Positions 7,940-16,246 of a stretch of DNA of 64,000 nt are shown here, in pieces. How positions within the stretch are numbered: the first letter of the stretch is position 1; each line of letters starts with the position of its first letter. The stretch spans positions 2,562,929 through 2,626,928 of the forward strand of contig OZ242356.1 of assembly GCA_965208785.1 (NCBI GenBank). Reading direction: 5' to 3'. Source of the stretch: Acidimicrobiales bacterium (lineage in GTDB: Bacteria > Actinomycetota > Acidimicrobiia > Acidimicrobiales > Bin134). Below the pieces are notes generated by a model. It worked only from the letters and a program-made list of their open reading frames with translations, had not been told where the DNA came from and did not search any database. The translations under genes and the position numbers were made by a program.

Positions 7940-9055
7940 TCAGTCGGGGCCTTCGGAGCTTGGCGCAATCGGCTTGGTGAGGCCGATCCGCTCGTAGGCC
8001 TCCGCGGGAATGGCCTCCAGGGACTTGTAGATCGTCCAGGTGCATTTTTTCGGCTCGGGACCAGACGTCTCCTCGGGATAGAGCGGAGAGTCGACCACTC
8101 TGATGGGATGACCCCACTGGCGGGCGGGCCACAGCTCCAAGGTGTAGCAGCAGTGGGCGCAGTAGTAGCAGACTCCCTTCTCGTTCCACGCCCAGTCATG
8201 TTCTTCGGAGGTGACTCCGAAGTTGTATGGCGGCGCCGAGCGGCTACCAGTTCCCTCGACGGGATCACCCCGCTGTCCCCGGTTCCCCGAGCCGCAGGGG
8301 TCGAATGAGATCACGTATTTGTCATCCTGTTCGGAGACCTCAATGTCGCCGGTTCGGTCAGGCCCGACGAGATGGGCCCGCATCCCCTCGAACGACAGAT
8401 AGAGGTTGCGGTAGAGGGTGTCCTCATAGGACTGGAGGCGCAGGTCGAAGGGTTGATAGCGCTCTTCGAGGTAGGGGGCAAGCACTTCGGAGTAGGCCTC
8501 ACCCACCGCGACCTCACCCAAGCGGTGGGCGACGAAGGTCAGCATACCCGATTGAAAGTCGGCGCCCCGGTCGTGGAGCTGACGCCATGCCTCTCGCAAC
8601 CGTTCCAAACGAATTAGTGCTTCTGACGCCTCGATCTCATAGGCCCGCAAGCCGTTGCCCAGCTCCCCGGCTTGCCGGGCCAGCTCTGCCCACCGGGGAT
8701 GGGAGTCAAACGGCTCATCGTCGGGAAAGGCCAGCAGTTCCCGCAAGCGAGCGGTTTCGCTGTCCAAGTCGTCTTCGCTGACACCCCGACTCGCCAGGAA
8801 CGAGCCCCAGCCCTCCCCCCACACCTGATAGATGACGTGGACCACTTTGGCCTCTTCCATCCAGTAATCCACGAGTTGGGCCGCGGTCTCCCAGTCTCCG
8901 GCATCGATGGCTTCGGTGATCTTGGCTGTGGTGGACACGGCTTGGTCGGTCCAGTCCCCGGTGCGGACCCGCTTGTTTATCTCCGTCGACCAGCTGAGGT
9001 GGGTCGGCGGGGCGGCAGATGTGCCAGAGATGCTTTTCTTGTGCTTCTGATCCAT
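7940..9055 (-). CDS. conserved cysteine-rich protein of unknown function (paralog A)
   Basis: ORF 7940..9514 trimmed to ATG 9055 (MDQKHKK...), with GGAG 8 nt upstream; the longer form would overlap the upstream SDR. 371 aa. Motifs GDWETAA, HLVGPDRTGD, FDPCGSG, GVCYYCAHC and KKCTW are shared with 30790..31908. Confidence 0.8.
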   Translation of the reverse strand: MDQKHKKSISGTSAAPPTHLSWSTEINKRVRTGDWTDQAVSTTAKITEAIDAGDWETAAQLVDYWMEEAKVVHVIYQVWGEGWGSFLASRGVSEDDLDSETARLRELLAFPDDEPFDSHPRWAELARQAGELGNGLRAYEIEASEALIRLERLREAWRQLHDRGADFQSGMLTFVAHRLGEVAVGEAYSEVLAPYLEERYQPFDLRLQSYEDTLYRNLYLSFEGMRAHLVGPDRTGDIEVSEQDDKYVISFDPCGSGNRGQRGDPVEGTGSRSAPPYNFGVTSEEHDWAWNEKGVCYYCAHCCYTLELWPARQWGHPIRVVDSPLYPEETSGPEPKKCTWTIYKSLEAIPAEAYERIGLTKPIAPSSEGPD

Positions 9056-9075
9056 CGGGGCTCCGGGAAGGCGAA

Positions 9076-9843
9076 TCAATACATCAGCATGGCACCGCTC
9101 ACGTTGATGGTGGCGCCGGAGATGAAAGAGGCGTGCCTGCTGGCCAGGAATACCACCGTGCCGGCCATTTCCTCGGGTTCGGCCACCCGACCCAGCGGGG
9201 TGGCATCGGTTAGTTGCTCGAACAGCTCGGGATCCAGGTCGGTGGTCAGCATCGGTGTGTTGATCTGGCCTGGCGACACGGCATTGACGGTGATCTGGTC
9301 GGGGCCGTAGGTGCGGGCCAGGCCGCGGACCATGGAGACGATGCCACCCTTGGATGCGCAGTAGACCACCGAGCCGCCGAACCCCCCTGTCCACCACCCC
9401 TGAGACGTGAATGCGATGATGCGACCGCCATCGCCTGCGTCGCGCATGGCGGAGGCTGCCGCCCGGCACAGAAAAAACGTGGCCTTCAGGTTGGTGTCCA
9501 CCTGGAAATCCCAATCCTGCTCGGTTACCTCGTCCACCGATGCCCGTCGTTTGAGAACCGCGGCGAGATGGGCCAAAACGTACACCTCTCCCAGGTGTCG
9601 CCGAGCCCGGTCGATCAGATCGCGGTGACCGTCCAAGTCGGAGAGATCAGCACCGACGCCGACATGGCCGGTCCCCTCCAGACCGGCGGCCACCTCCTCC
9701 GCGGCCTGCTGGCGGAGATCGACGGCCATGACCTTGGCGCCGGTGGAGGCAAATGCCTCGGCCACTGGCCGTCCCATGCCTCCCGCGGCGCCGGTCACGA
9801 TCACCCCCCGGCCCTCCAGTCCTGCTCCGACGCTCCATGTCAT
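9076..9843 (-). CDS. short-chain dehydrogenase/reductase (SDR)
   Basis: 255 aa. GVIVTGAAGGMGRPVA Rossmann motif and YCASKGG catalytic region. Confidence 0.9.
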   Translation of the reverse strand: MTWSVGAGLEGRGVIVTGAAGGMGRPVAEAFASTGAKVMAVDLRQQAAEEVAAGLEGTGHVGVGADLSDLDGHRDLIDRARRHLGEVYVLAHLAAVLKRRASVDEVTEQDWDFQVDTNLKATFFLCRAAASAMRDAGDGGRIIAFTSQGWWTGGFGGSVVYCASKGGIVSMVRGLARTYGPDQITVNAVSPGQINTPMLTTDLDPELFEQLTDATPLGRVAEPEEMAGTVVFLASRHASFISGATINVSGAMLMY

Positions 9844-9889
9844 GGCGCGACCCCCTTCGCTTCTTGGCCAGTGGCCTGGTCGGACCTGT

Positions 9890-11026
9890 TCAGCCCAGAA
9901 CCTTCTCGCTTCGGTACCGGTCTATCACCCGCTCGTCCACGTCGATGCCCAGTCCCGAGCCCGTGGGCGGGTAGACCCATCCATCGATGTGGACCAGGGG
10001 ATCAGGCACTAGCTCGTGTTGCATGGGGTTCTCCAGCGGCTTCAGCTCGAATAGGGTGCATGCCGAGCTGGAGAAGCTCACCGCCAGGCTGGCGGCCGAA
10101 ACGATGGCCGACGACCAGGCATGGGCGTTGGCCCGACGCCGGTGCAGCTCCACCAGATCGGTCACCCGCTTGAAGCCGGTGATCCCCTCGGCTCGACCGG
10201 GGTCGCACCCGACCACGTCTACCGTGCCGGTAGCCAGCACACGCTCGTACCCCTCTATGGTCCATTCCTTTTCGCCGTAGGCCATGGCGGCGACGGATTG
10301 GCTTCGCAATTCGGCGTAGCCCTGTGGATCCCAAGCGCCCAAAGGCTCCTCGATCCAGGCGATCCCATACTCGTCGAATGCCTGAGTTCGGCTCACCGCG
10401 GTGGGCACGTCCCATTTGATCACCCAGCCCAAATCGATCATGAGGTGTTTGGTCGGCCCAATGGCCTCCCGCATGGCTTTGACATAAGCCACATCGCGAT
10501 CATGCTCGAAGCCGAGGTGGGCGTTGCCTCGCTTGCCGAATCCGACCTTCATTCCCTGCAAGCCGGTGGACAGCCATTCGGAGGCCTCAACCGCCATGTC
10601 GGGAATGGACTCGTAGTGGGCGTGGGACGATGCGATGGCCGGCAAGCGTTCATGCACCGGGCCGCCCAACAGGTCCAGGACGCTGCACCCCAGCGCTTTG
10701 CCTTTCAAATCCCACAGCGCGATGTCGATGGCCGAGATGGCGAACGACGCGATGCCCCCGCCGTACCCGTACCACCACGCTCGGTCCTTGAGCGACCGGT
10801 AGATGGCGTCCAGGTGAAGCGGGCTCTGGCCGATCACCAGATCGGACATGCCCTCAATGACGGCTTTGGCGGCAAAGCTCGACTCCGGCCACATGGTGAC
10901 CGACTCGCCCCAGCCCACGGTGCCGTCGTCGGCTGTGATCTTGGCCAAGCACAGGTGGCGGATGGCGTCGAAATCGTTGGGCTCGGGGTAGCTGACCGGG
11001 ATGGCTTCGACGGAGGCTATTTTCAT
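9890..11026 (-). CDS. enolase-superfamily enzyme (mandelate racemase/muconate lactonizing family, acid-sugar dehydratase-like)
   Basis: 378 aa. MKIASVEAIPVSYPE...DGTVGWGES capping domain, followed by a barrel domain with MIDLGW / IEEP / GEKEW type segments. Confidence 0.9.
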   Translation of the reverse strand: MKIASVEAIPVSYPEPNDFDAIRHLCLAKITADDGTVGWGESVTMWPESSFAAKAVIEGMSDLVIGQSPLHLDAIYRSLKDRAWWYGYGGGIASFAISAIDIALWDLKGKALGCSVLDLLGGPVHERLPAIASSHAHYESIPDMAVEASEWLSTGLQGMKVGFGKRGNAHLGFEHDRDVAYVKAMREAIGPTKHLMIDLGWVIKWDVPTAVSRTQAFDEYGIAWIEEPLGAWDPQGYAELRSQSVAAMAYGEKEWTIEGYERVLATGTVDVVGCDPGRAEGITGFKRVTDLVELHRRRANAHAWSSAIVSAASLAVSFSSSACTLFELKPLENPMQHELVPDPLVHIDGWVYPPTGSGLGIDVDERVIDRYRSEKVLG

Positions 11027-11088
11027 GGCGTCTCGGGTTTCATGGCGTCTCGGGTTTCATGGCGTCTCGGGTTTCATGGCGTCTCGGG
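11021..11088. repeat. 4 x 17-bp perfect tandem repeat (coding-strand unit CCCGAGACGCCATGAAA) of a stop/start ATGA gene junction
   Basis: Copies at 11021-11037, 11038-11054, 11055-11071 and 11072-11088. The first copy on the minus strand supplies the VOC gene stop. The last copy supplies the enolase-family ATG. Confidence 0.95.
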
Positions 11089-11562
11089 CGGTGGTTGGAA
11101 CAGTTCGATGGTGATGCCGTCCAAGTCTCGAAGGTACCCGGCTTTGGCCCCCCGGTTGGGGCCGGTGGTGACCAGATTCGGCTCGGGGCTCATGGGTGTT
11201 GCCCCTGCGGCCACCGCGCGCTGCCACAGTGTGTCGATGTCGTCAACCCGCAAGCACAGGTGGACGTTGCCCGGGTTGGCGGTGCCCATGTCATTGGGGG
11301 CTTTGTCCTCGGTTTGGTAGTCGAGCAGTTCGAGGATCGCCCCTCCGGGCAACTCCACAATGCTGGCGTCAAGCTTCACCCCCGGATAACCGGTAACACC
11401 GGCCAGGTAGTCTCCGTCGAGCACCCGCCGCCATCGAGGCTCCGCACCCAGGAACTCCTTCCAGAAGGCCAGCGTCCTGTCGACGCTGGCCACGGTCATA
11501 CCGATGTGGTGTACGGCAACCGCGGTAGCCGGCGGGTGGTTTGTCGTCTGCGTGCTCACCAT
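11074..11562 (-). CDS. VOC (glyoxalase/bleomycin-resistance/dioxygenase) family protein
   Basis: 162 aa. VHHIGMTVASVDRTLAFWKEFLG ... HLCLRVDDID ... ELFQ pattern of VOC beta-alpha-beta-beta-beta modules. Confidence 0.8.
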   Translation of the reverse strand: MVSTQTTNHPPATAVAVHHIGMTVASVDRTLAFWKEFLGAEPRWRRVLDGDYLAGVTGYPGVKLDASIVELPGGAILELLDYQTEDKAPNDMGTANPGNVHLCLRVDDIDTLWQRAVAAGATPMSPEPNLVTTGPNRGAKAGYLRDLDGITIELFQPPPETP

Positions 11563-12302
11563 GTGACTAGTCCTCCGTCGAAGTTGATGGCCTGTCCGGT
11601 CATGTATCCGGCACCGTCAGAGAGCAAAAACCAGATCAGCTCGGCAATCTCATCCGGTGTGGCGCCGCGGCCGAGGGGCACCGATTCCTGCCGCTGATCG
11701 GAGAGCTGCTGGGGGCTGATCCCCCGCAGAGCCGATACCTGGTCAAGCACGGCGTCTTGCATGGGCGTGTCGATGATTCCTGGACAGATGGCGTTGACCC
11801 GTACCGGGATCGACGACAGGGCGTAGGCGAATGACCGGGTGATGGACAGCACGCCCGCCTTGGTAGCGGCGTAAGAGGCAGCCTCGGTTGTGTTGGACAA
11901 CTTGGCCGACGAGGACGAGATGTTCACGATCGCGCCCCCCGGCGGCATGGTGGGGCCGATGCCCTGGCAGCAGAAGAACACCGCCTCAGCATTGACCTGA
12001 AAGAGCTCACGCCAGTCTTCGACCGTGATGTCTGCTATGTCCTTCAGGCGGATGATCCCTGCGGCCTGCACGAGCCAGTCGACCCCTCGAGCCGCTTCGA
12101 TCACCTTGGATCGATCATCCGGGTCGCCCAAGTCGGCGACGAGGGGGGCGGCCCCTTGCTCTGCGAGCGCGTCGAGGCCCTGGGGGTTGACGTCGGCGGC
12201 GATCACGTCGGCGCCCGACTTGAGCAGGAACCGAGCGGCGCCTGCGCCGATCCCGCTGGCTGCCCCGGTTACCAGTGCTCGCCGCGTTCTCGGGCTGCTC
12301 AT
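11556..12302 (-). CDS. short-chain dehydrogenase/reductase (SDR)
   Basis: ORF 11556..12752 trimmed to ATG 12302 (MSSPRTRRALVTGAASGIGAGAA). YAATKAG catalytic region. Its 3' end overlaps the VOC start by 7 nt. Confidence 0.85.
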   Translation of the reverse strand: MSSPRTRRALVTGAASGIGAGAARFLLKSGADVIAADVNPQGLDALAEQGAAPLVADLGDPDDRSKVIEAARGVDWLVQAAGIIRLKDIADITVEDWRELFQVNAEAVFFCCQGIGPTMPPGGAIVNISSSSAKLSNTTEAASYAATKAGVLSITRSFAYALSSIPVRVNAICPGIIDTPMQDAVLDQVSALRGISPQQLSDQRQESVPLGRGATPDEIAELIWFLLSDGAGYMTGQAINFDGGLVTW

Positions 12303-12347
12303 GTCGATCTCCGTGTTCCGGTGTGCATTGCTCTCCAACCGGGCGGT

Positions 12348-12361
12348 TGGAAACGATTCTA
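12348..12361. promoter_or_regulatory. LacI-type operator candidate O1 (TGGAAACGATTCTA)
   Basis: 46-59 nt upstream of the SDR-VOC-dehydratase-SDR-Cys-rich operon. Member of the 7-site motif family. Confidence 0.6.
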
Positions 12362-12450
12362 GGGCAGCTTGGACGATAGCACCGGAACCGAGACAGGCCA
12401 TTGGAGCGGGGCCGATGACATGGGCAATCGACGGTCGGCTCGCTGAGCAG

Positions 12451-12478
12451 GTTGCATCGAGGGCCAAACGTGCTAGCT
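12451..12478 (+). promoter_or_regulatory. candidate sigma-70-type promoter TTGCAT-16 nt-TAGCTT for the ABC importer operon
   Basis: Hexamers read directly from the sequence. Operator O2 lies 8 nt downstream of the -10 element. Confidence 0.35.
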
Positions 12479-12485
12479 TTTCGCC

Positions 12486-12499
12486 TAGAAACGTTTCCA
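12486..12499. promoter_or_regulatory. LacI-type operator candidate O2 (TAGAAACGTTTCCA)
   Basis: 33-46 nt upstream of the SBP start. The core GAAACGTTTC is a perfect palindrome. Confidence 0.65.
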
Positions 12500-12531
12500 G
12501 CCACCGTAGTGTGTGACTGAGGGGGAGCAAA

Positions 12532-13659
12532 ATGATGAGCAAGAGCCTCAAGAGACTGATCGCTTTATTGGCAGTCATTGCCCTGTTTGTGGCGGCGTGC
12601 GGCAACGATGACGATGCCGCTGACGAGCCTGCGGCACCGGAGGCCACTGAGGCGCCGGCCGCACCGGAGGCCACTGAAGCGCCCGCGCCCACCGAGCCGC
12701 CCCCGCCGCCTCTTCCCGAAGTGTGCCAGGAGCAGGACGGCACCGGCCTCAAGGTGGGCTATGGCGATCTGACCGCTGGCATTCCCTTCGTGACCCAGGT
12801 GTTGGACAACATCAACGAAGTGGCTGAAGCGTGCAACTTGGAAATCGTCTACGCCGACAACAACCTCGACGGCGAGACGGCCTTGGAGAACGCCCGCACA
12901 TTCGTGTTGCAAGACGTGGACGGAGTGATCGAATTCCAGATCGACGCCGGCATTGAAGCTGCGCTGTGCGAAGAGCTGCGGTCAGAGAAGCCGGATCTTC
13001 CGGTCATCGCAATCGATATTGCCCACCCGTCATGTGCCCTGTTCTTCGGGGCTGACAACGGCTACGCGGGCGAGTTGGCCGGCGAGGCTCTCGGCCAATG
13101 GGCTCAGGAGAACTGGGGCTGCGAGGTGGACCTGATCGTCACCATGGAATCCTTCGTAGTGGGGCAGGTGAACATTGATCGGGCCAACGGTATGGTCCGC
13201 GGCATCTCGAATGTGTGCTCGGATCTGGCATTCGGCGATTTCGAGAACTGGGCCCCCGAAGTGTCTGACTCAATCGTCACTCGCATCAACGGCGGCGGCA
13301 CCACCGACGGCGCCTTCCCGCTGGTGCTGGACACGTTCACGGCCAACTCCAACGCCCGCATTCTGGTGGTAAGCCTCAACGACGACATGGGCTTGGCCGC
13401 ACTGGCCGCGGCCAACGAGTTGGGCATCGCCGACAATGTGGCCATTGCCAGCCAGGGTGCAGATGCAACCATCCACGAGGAGATCCGCGAGAACCCGAAT
13501 TACATCGGCTCTACCGGATACTTCCCGGAGTCATACGGCACGTATGTGGTGCCCGCCATCATGAAGATGATCAACGGCATCTCGGTGCCAGATCCGCTCT
13601 TTGTTGATCACGTTCTAATCAGCGAAGACAACATCGACGATTATTATCCGGCCGGCTGA
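12532..13659 (+). CDS. ABC sugar-binding lipoprotein (CUT2 / periplasmic-binding-protein type I)
   Basis: 375 aa. Signal peptide plus lipobox LFVAAC, then a Pro/Ala/Glu linker and a ribose-binding-protein-like fold (LKVGYGDL..., VVSLNDDMGLAALAAA). GGGGGAG Shine-Dalgarno sequence. Confidence 0.9.
   Translation: MMSKSLKRLIALLAVIALFVAACGNDDDAADEPAAPEATEAPAAPEATEAPAPTEPPPPPLPEVCQEQDGTGLKVGYGDLTAGIPFVTQVLDNINEVAEACNLEIVYADNNLDGETALENARTFVLQDVDGVIEFQIDAGIEAALCEELRSEKPDLPVIAIDIAHPSCALFFGADNGYAGELAGEALGQWAQENWGCEVDLIVTMESFVVGQVNIDRANGMVRGISNVCSDLAFGDFENWAPEVSDSIVTRINGGGTTDGAFPLVLDTFTANSNARILVVSLNDDMGLAALAAANELGIADNVAIASQGADATIHEEIRENPNYIGSTGYFPESYGTYVVPAIMKMINGISVPDPLFVDHVLISEDNIDDYYPAG
12634..12687 (+). 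repeat. 2 x 27-bp tandem repeat encoding APEATEAPA in the lipoprotein linker
   Basis: GCACCGGAGGCCACTGA(G/A)GCGCC... occurs twice in tandem. Confidence 0.85.
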
Positions 13660-13697
13660 CGCAGCAAGGGTGAGCACCCCGAGTTGCAGGCAAGCCG

Positions 13698-14696
13698 ATG
13701 ACCACAACCGAAACTGAGCACCCGCAAGCCGGGGCGGCGGGAGAAACGCTGGCCCAACGGGCGTCGCGCCTTTTCATCTCGGTGCCTCCAGAAGCAGTCC
13801 TGCTTGCGGTGCTCTTGGCCATGGGCGGGTGGTTCTGGAACAGCTCCGAAGTGTTCATGACCACCATCAACATGCGCAACGTGCTGTTGTCGGTATCGGT
13901 CTTGGGCATCTTGGCCGCCCCGTCCACGCTTCTTTTGATTTCAGGCAATTTCGACCTGTCCATTGCCTCCAACGCGGCCATGTGCGGCGTGGCTGTGGCC
14001 ATGGTTGCCGACGGGCATTCCACCGCGCTGGCCATCTTTGTCGCGGTTATCGCCGGCCTCCTGGCGGGGGCACTCAACGGCCTTCTGGTCTCCGGGCTGG
14101 GCATCGCATCCATCATCGTCACGCTGGGCACCTTCCAGGCCTATCGGGGGATCGCCCGATTGATGGCCAACGGTCAGACAATCCGGCTTCGGGGGGAGAT
14201 CGACTTCATTACCGATCGGATAGTCGGAATCCCTACCCAAGTAGTGCTGTTCATCATCATCACGGCAATCACCATGTTCGTTGTCCGCTACACCCGATTC
14301 GGCCGGGCGGTGTATGCCATCGGGTCCAATTTGGTTGCCGCCCGCCTGGCCGGCATCCGGCAGCGTCCAACGGTGTTCGTGCTGTTTTTGGTGAGCGGGG
14401 TGATGGCTGCTCTGGCCGGTTTGATCTTGGCCTCGCAGCTAGACGCCGCATCTCCCAACGCCGCGACCGGTGACGAGCTGAAGGTGGTGGCCGCGGTGAT
14501 TCTCGGTGGCGCCAGTCTCTCGGGGGGCCGGGGCACGATTATTGGAACACTGCTGGGAGTGCTGATTCTGGGGGTGCTGCAAAACGGCCTCACCCTGCTG
14601 AGCGTGACGTCGTTCTGGCGGGATGTGGCGACCGGCACCGTGCTCATCGCCGCGGTCGGCCTCGACCGCGTGCGGGTCATGCTCGGCGGGCAATAG
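13698..14696 (+). CDS. ABC sugar transporter permease (RbsC/AraH-like)
   Basis: 332 aa, multi-pass hydrophobic. GGASLSGGRGTIIGTLLG segment typical of CUT2 permeases. Confidence 0.9.
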   Translation: MTTTETEHPQAGAAGETLAQRASRLFISVPPEAVLLAVLLAMGGWFWNSSEVFMTTINMRNVLLSVSVLGILAAPSTLLLISGNFDLSIASNAAMCGVAVAMVADGHSTALAIFVAVIAGLLAGALNGLLVSGLGIASIIVTLGTFQAYRGIARLMANGQTIRLRGEIDFITDRIVGIPTQVVLFIIITAITMFVVRYTRFGRAVYAIGSNLVAARLAGIRQRPTVFVLFLVSGVMAALAGLILASQLDAASPNAATGDELKVVAAVILGGASLSGGRGTIIGTLLGVLILGVLQNGLTLLSVTSFWRDVATGTVLIAAVGLDRVRVMLGGQ

Positions 14697-14701
14697 CCGC
14701 G

Positions 14702-16246
14702 ATGGAAGGACAACCCGACTCTGGGCCACTGCGAGTGGCCGGGCGCGCCCTGCGCAAGAGCTTCGGGGGAATAGAGGTTCTGCACGGAGTGGATTTGGAG
14801 GCGGTGGGGGGCAGGGTTCTCGCCCTTCTGGGAGAGAACGGCGCAGGGAAGTCCACTGCGGTGAAGATCCTGGCGGGCGACTACCGCAGGGACAGCGGCG
14901 AGATTCTGGTGAACGATCAGCCGGTGGTCATTCGCTCGCCGCGCGATGCCTCCGATTTGGGCATCCGGGTGATCTACCAGGAGTTCTCCGATGCCCCCGA
15001 CCTGACTGTGTCCGAAAACCTCTCACTCGGCAATCTGCCTCGCAATCGCCTGGGCCTGGTGGACTGGGCCGCGATGCGGAGTGACGCCGAGGCCATCCTC
15101 GATGAGCTGGGCATCAATCTGGACCCCAAAGCAATCGTCGGGTCGCTGAGGGTGGCCGAGCGCCAAATCCTGGAGATCGCCCGAGCGCTGGCCGGCGACG
15201 CCCGAATGCTCATTCTCGACGAGCCCACCTCCGCTTTGACCATAGAGGAGACGCAGACCCTGTTCTCGTTCATCCGGCAATTGAAGGCCCAGGGAGCAGC
15301 CGTCATCTACATCACCCACCGCTTGGACGAAGTGGAGGAAATCGCCGACGACGTCTTGGTCTTCCGCGACGGTTATGTGGTCGCCGAGGGCCCTCGCTCG
15401 TCATTCACCCGCCACGACATGGCGGAAGCCATGGTGGGGGCGAAGCTGGACGAGACGGTGGCCAATCTTCATGCCGATCATGCCGAGCCCGGCCAGCCCA
15501 TGCTGGAACTGAGCGGCGTCACCATCGAGCCCTTCTTCGAGAATGTGGATCTGACGGTGAGGAGCGGTGAAATCGTCTCGCTGTTCGGCCGGTTGGGATG
15601 CGGCTCCATGGAGTTGGCCGAGTCGGTCTTCGGGCTGAAGCGGCTTGATTCGGGAGAGATGACCGTGGCCGGGGTCGAAGGCCAGGTGCGGTCGCCGACG
15701 GCTGCCGCCCGGCGAGGCGTGGGATTTGTGCCGGTGGACCGGAAGGAGGAGGGCCTGCTGACCGTTCTCTCCGTGGCGGAGAACCTCAGCGTTGCCTCGT
15801 GGTCGCTCCTCACCCGAATGGGCTTGCTGTCACCCAAAGCATCACTGAAGGTGTACGAGCGGTGGCAGGACAGGCTCGCCATCCGAGGCACTCGGGGCGC
15901 CCGCCAGGTGGTGTCGACGCTGTCGGGAGGCAACCAGCAGAAGGTGGTTCTGGGCCGCTGGCTGGAGCGGGATTCGAAGCTCTTGGTGATGGCTGAGCCC
16001 ACCAGGGGAGTGGATGTGGGCGCTCGGGCCGAAATCTACCGGGTGCTGCGGGGATTCGCCGACGAGGGACTGGCCATCCTGGTTGTGTCGTCGGACATCG
16101 AAGAAGTGCTGCGAATTTCCGACCGCATCATCGTCATGTCCAGGGGCGTGGTCGTGGCTGAGCATCCGGCGGGAGGAGTGGATCGGGCTCGGCTGGTGCG
16201 AGAGGCTGCCGCCAGCCACCACGAAGCCGCCGCGACGGGGGGATGA
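14702..16246 (+). CDS. ABC sugar transporter ATP-binding protein (duplicated ATPase, RbsA/MglA-like)
   Basis: 514 aa. Walker A GENGAGKST, signature LSGGNQQKVVLGRWL, two nucleotide-binding domains. Confidence 0.9.
   Translation: MEGQPDSGPLRVAGRALRKSFGGIEVLHGVDLEAVGGRVLALLGENGAGKSTAVKILAGDYRRDSGEILVNDQPVVIRSPRDASDLGIRVIYQEFSDAPDLTVSENLSLGNLPRNRLGLVDWAAMRSDAEAILDELGINLDPKAIVGSLRVAERQILEIARALAGDARMLILDEPTSALTIEETQTLFSFIRQLKAQGAAVIYITHRLDEVEEIADDVLVFRDGYVVAEGPRSSFTRHDMAEAMVGAKLDETVANLHADHAEPGQPMLELSGVTIEPFFENVDLTVRSGEIVSLFGRLGCGSMELAESVFGLKRLDSGEMTVAGVEGQVRSPTAAARRGVGFVPVDRKEEGLLTVLSVAENLSVASWSLLTRMGLLSPKASLKVYERWQDRLAIRGTRGARQVVSTLSGGNQQKVVLGRWLERDSKLLVMAEPTRGVDVGARAEIYRVLRGFADEGLAILVVSSDIEEVLRISDRIIVMSRGVVVAEHPAGGVDRARLVREAAASHHEAAATGG

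Noticed and set aside
9056-9514. N-terminal extensions of the long ORFs 7940..9514, 11556..12752, 24088..26133, 24985..25995 and 42877..44334
   Set aside because: The extensions overlap upstream genes or promoter gaps, are low-complexity, and lack family similarity. Internal starts with Shine-Dalgarno sequences give proteins of normal family length.
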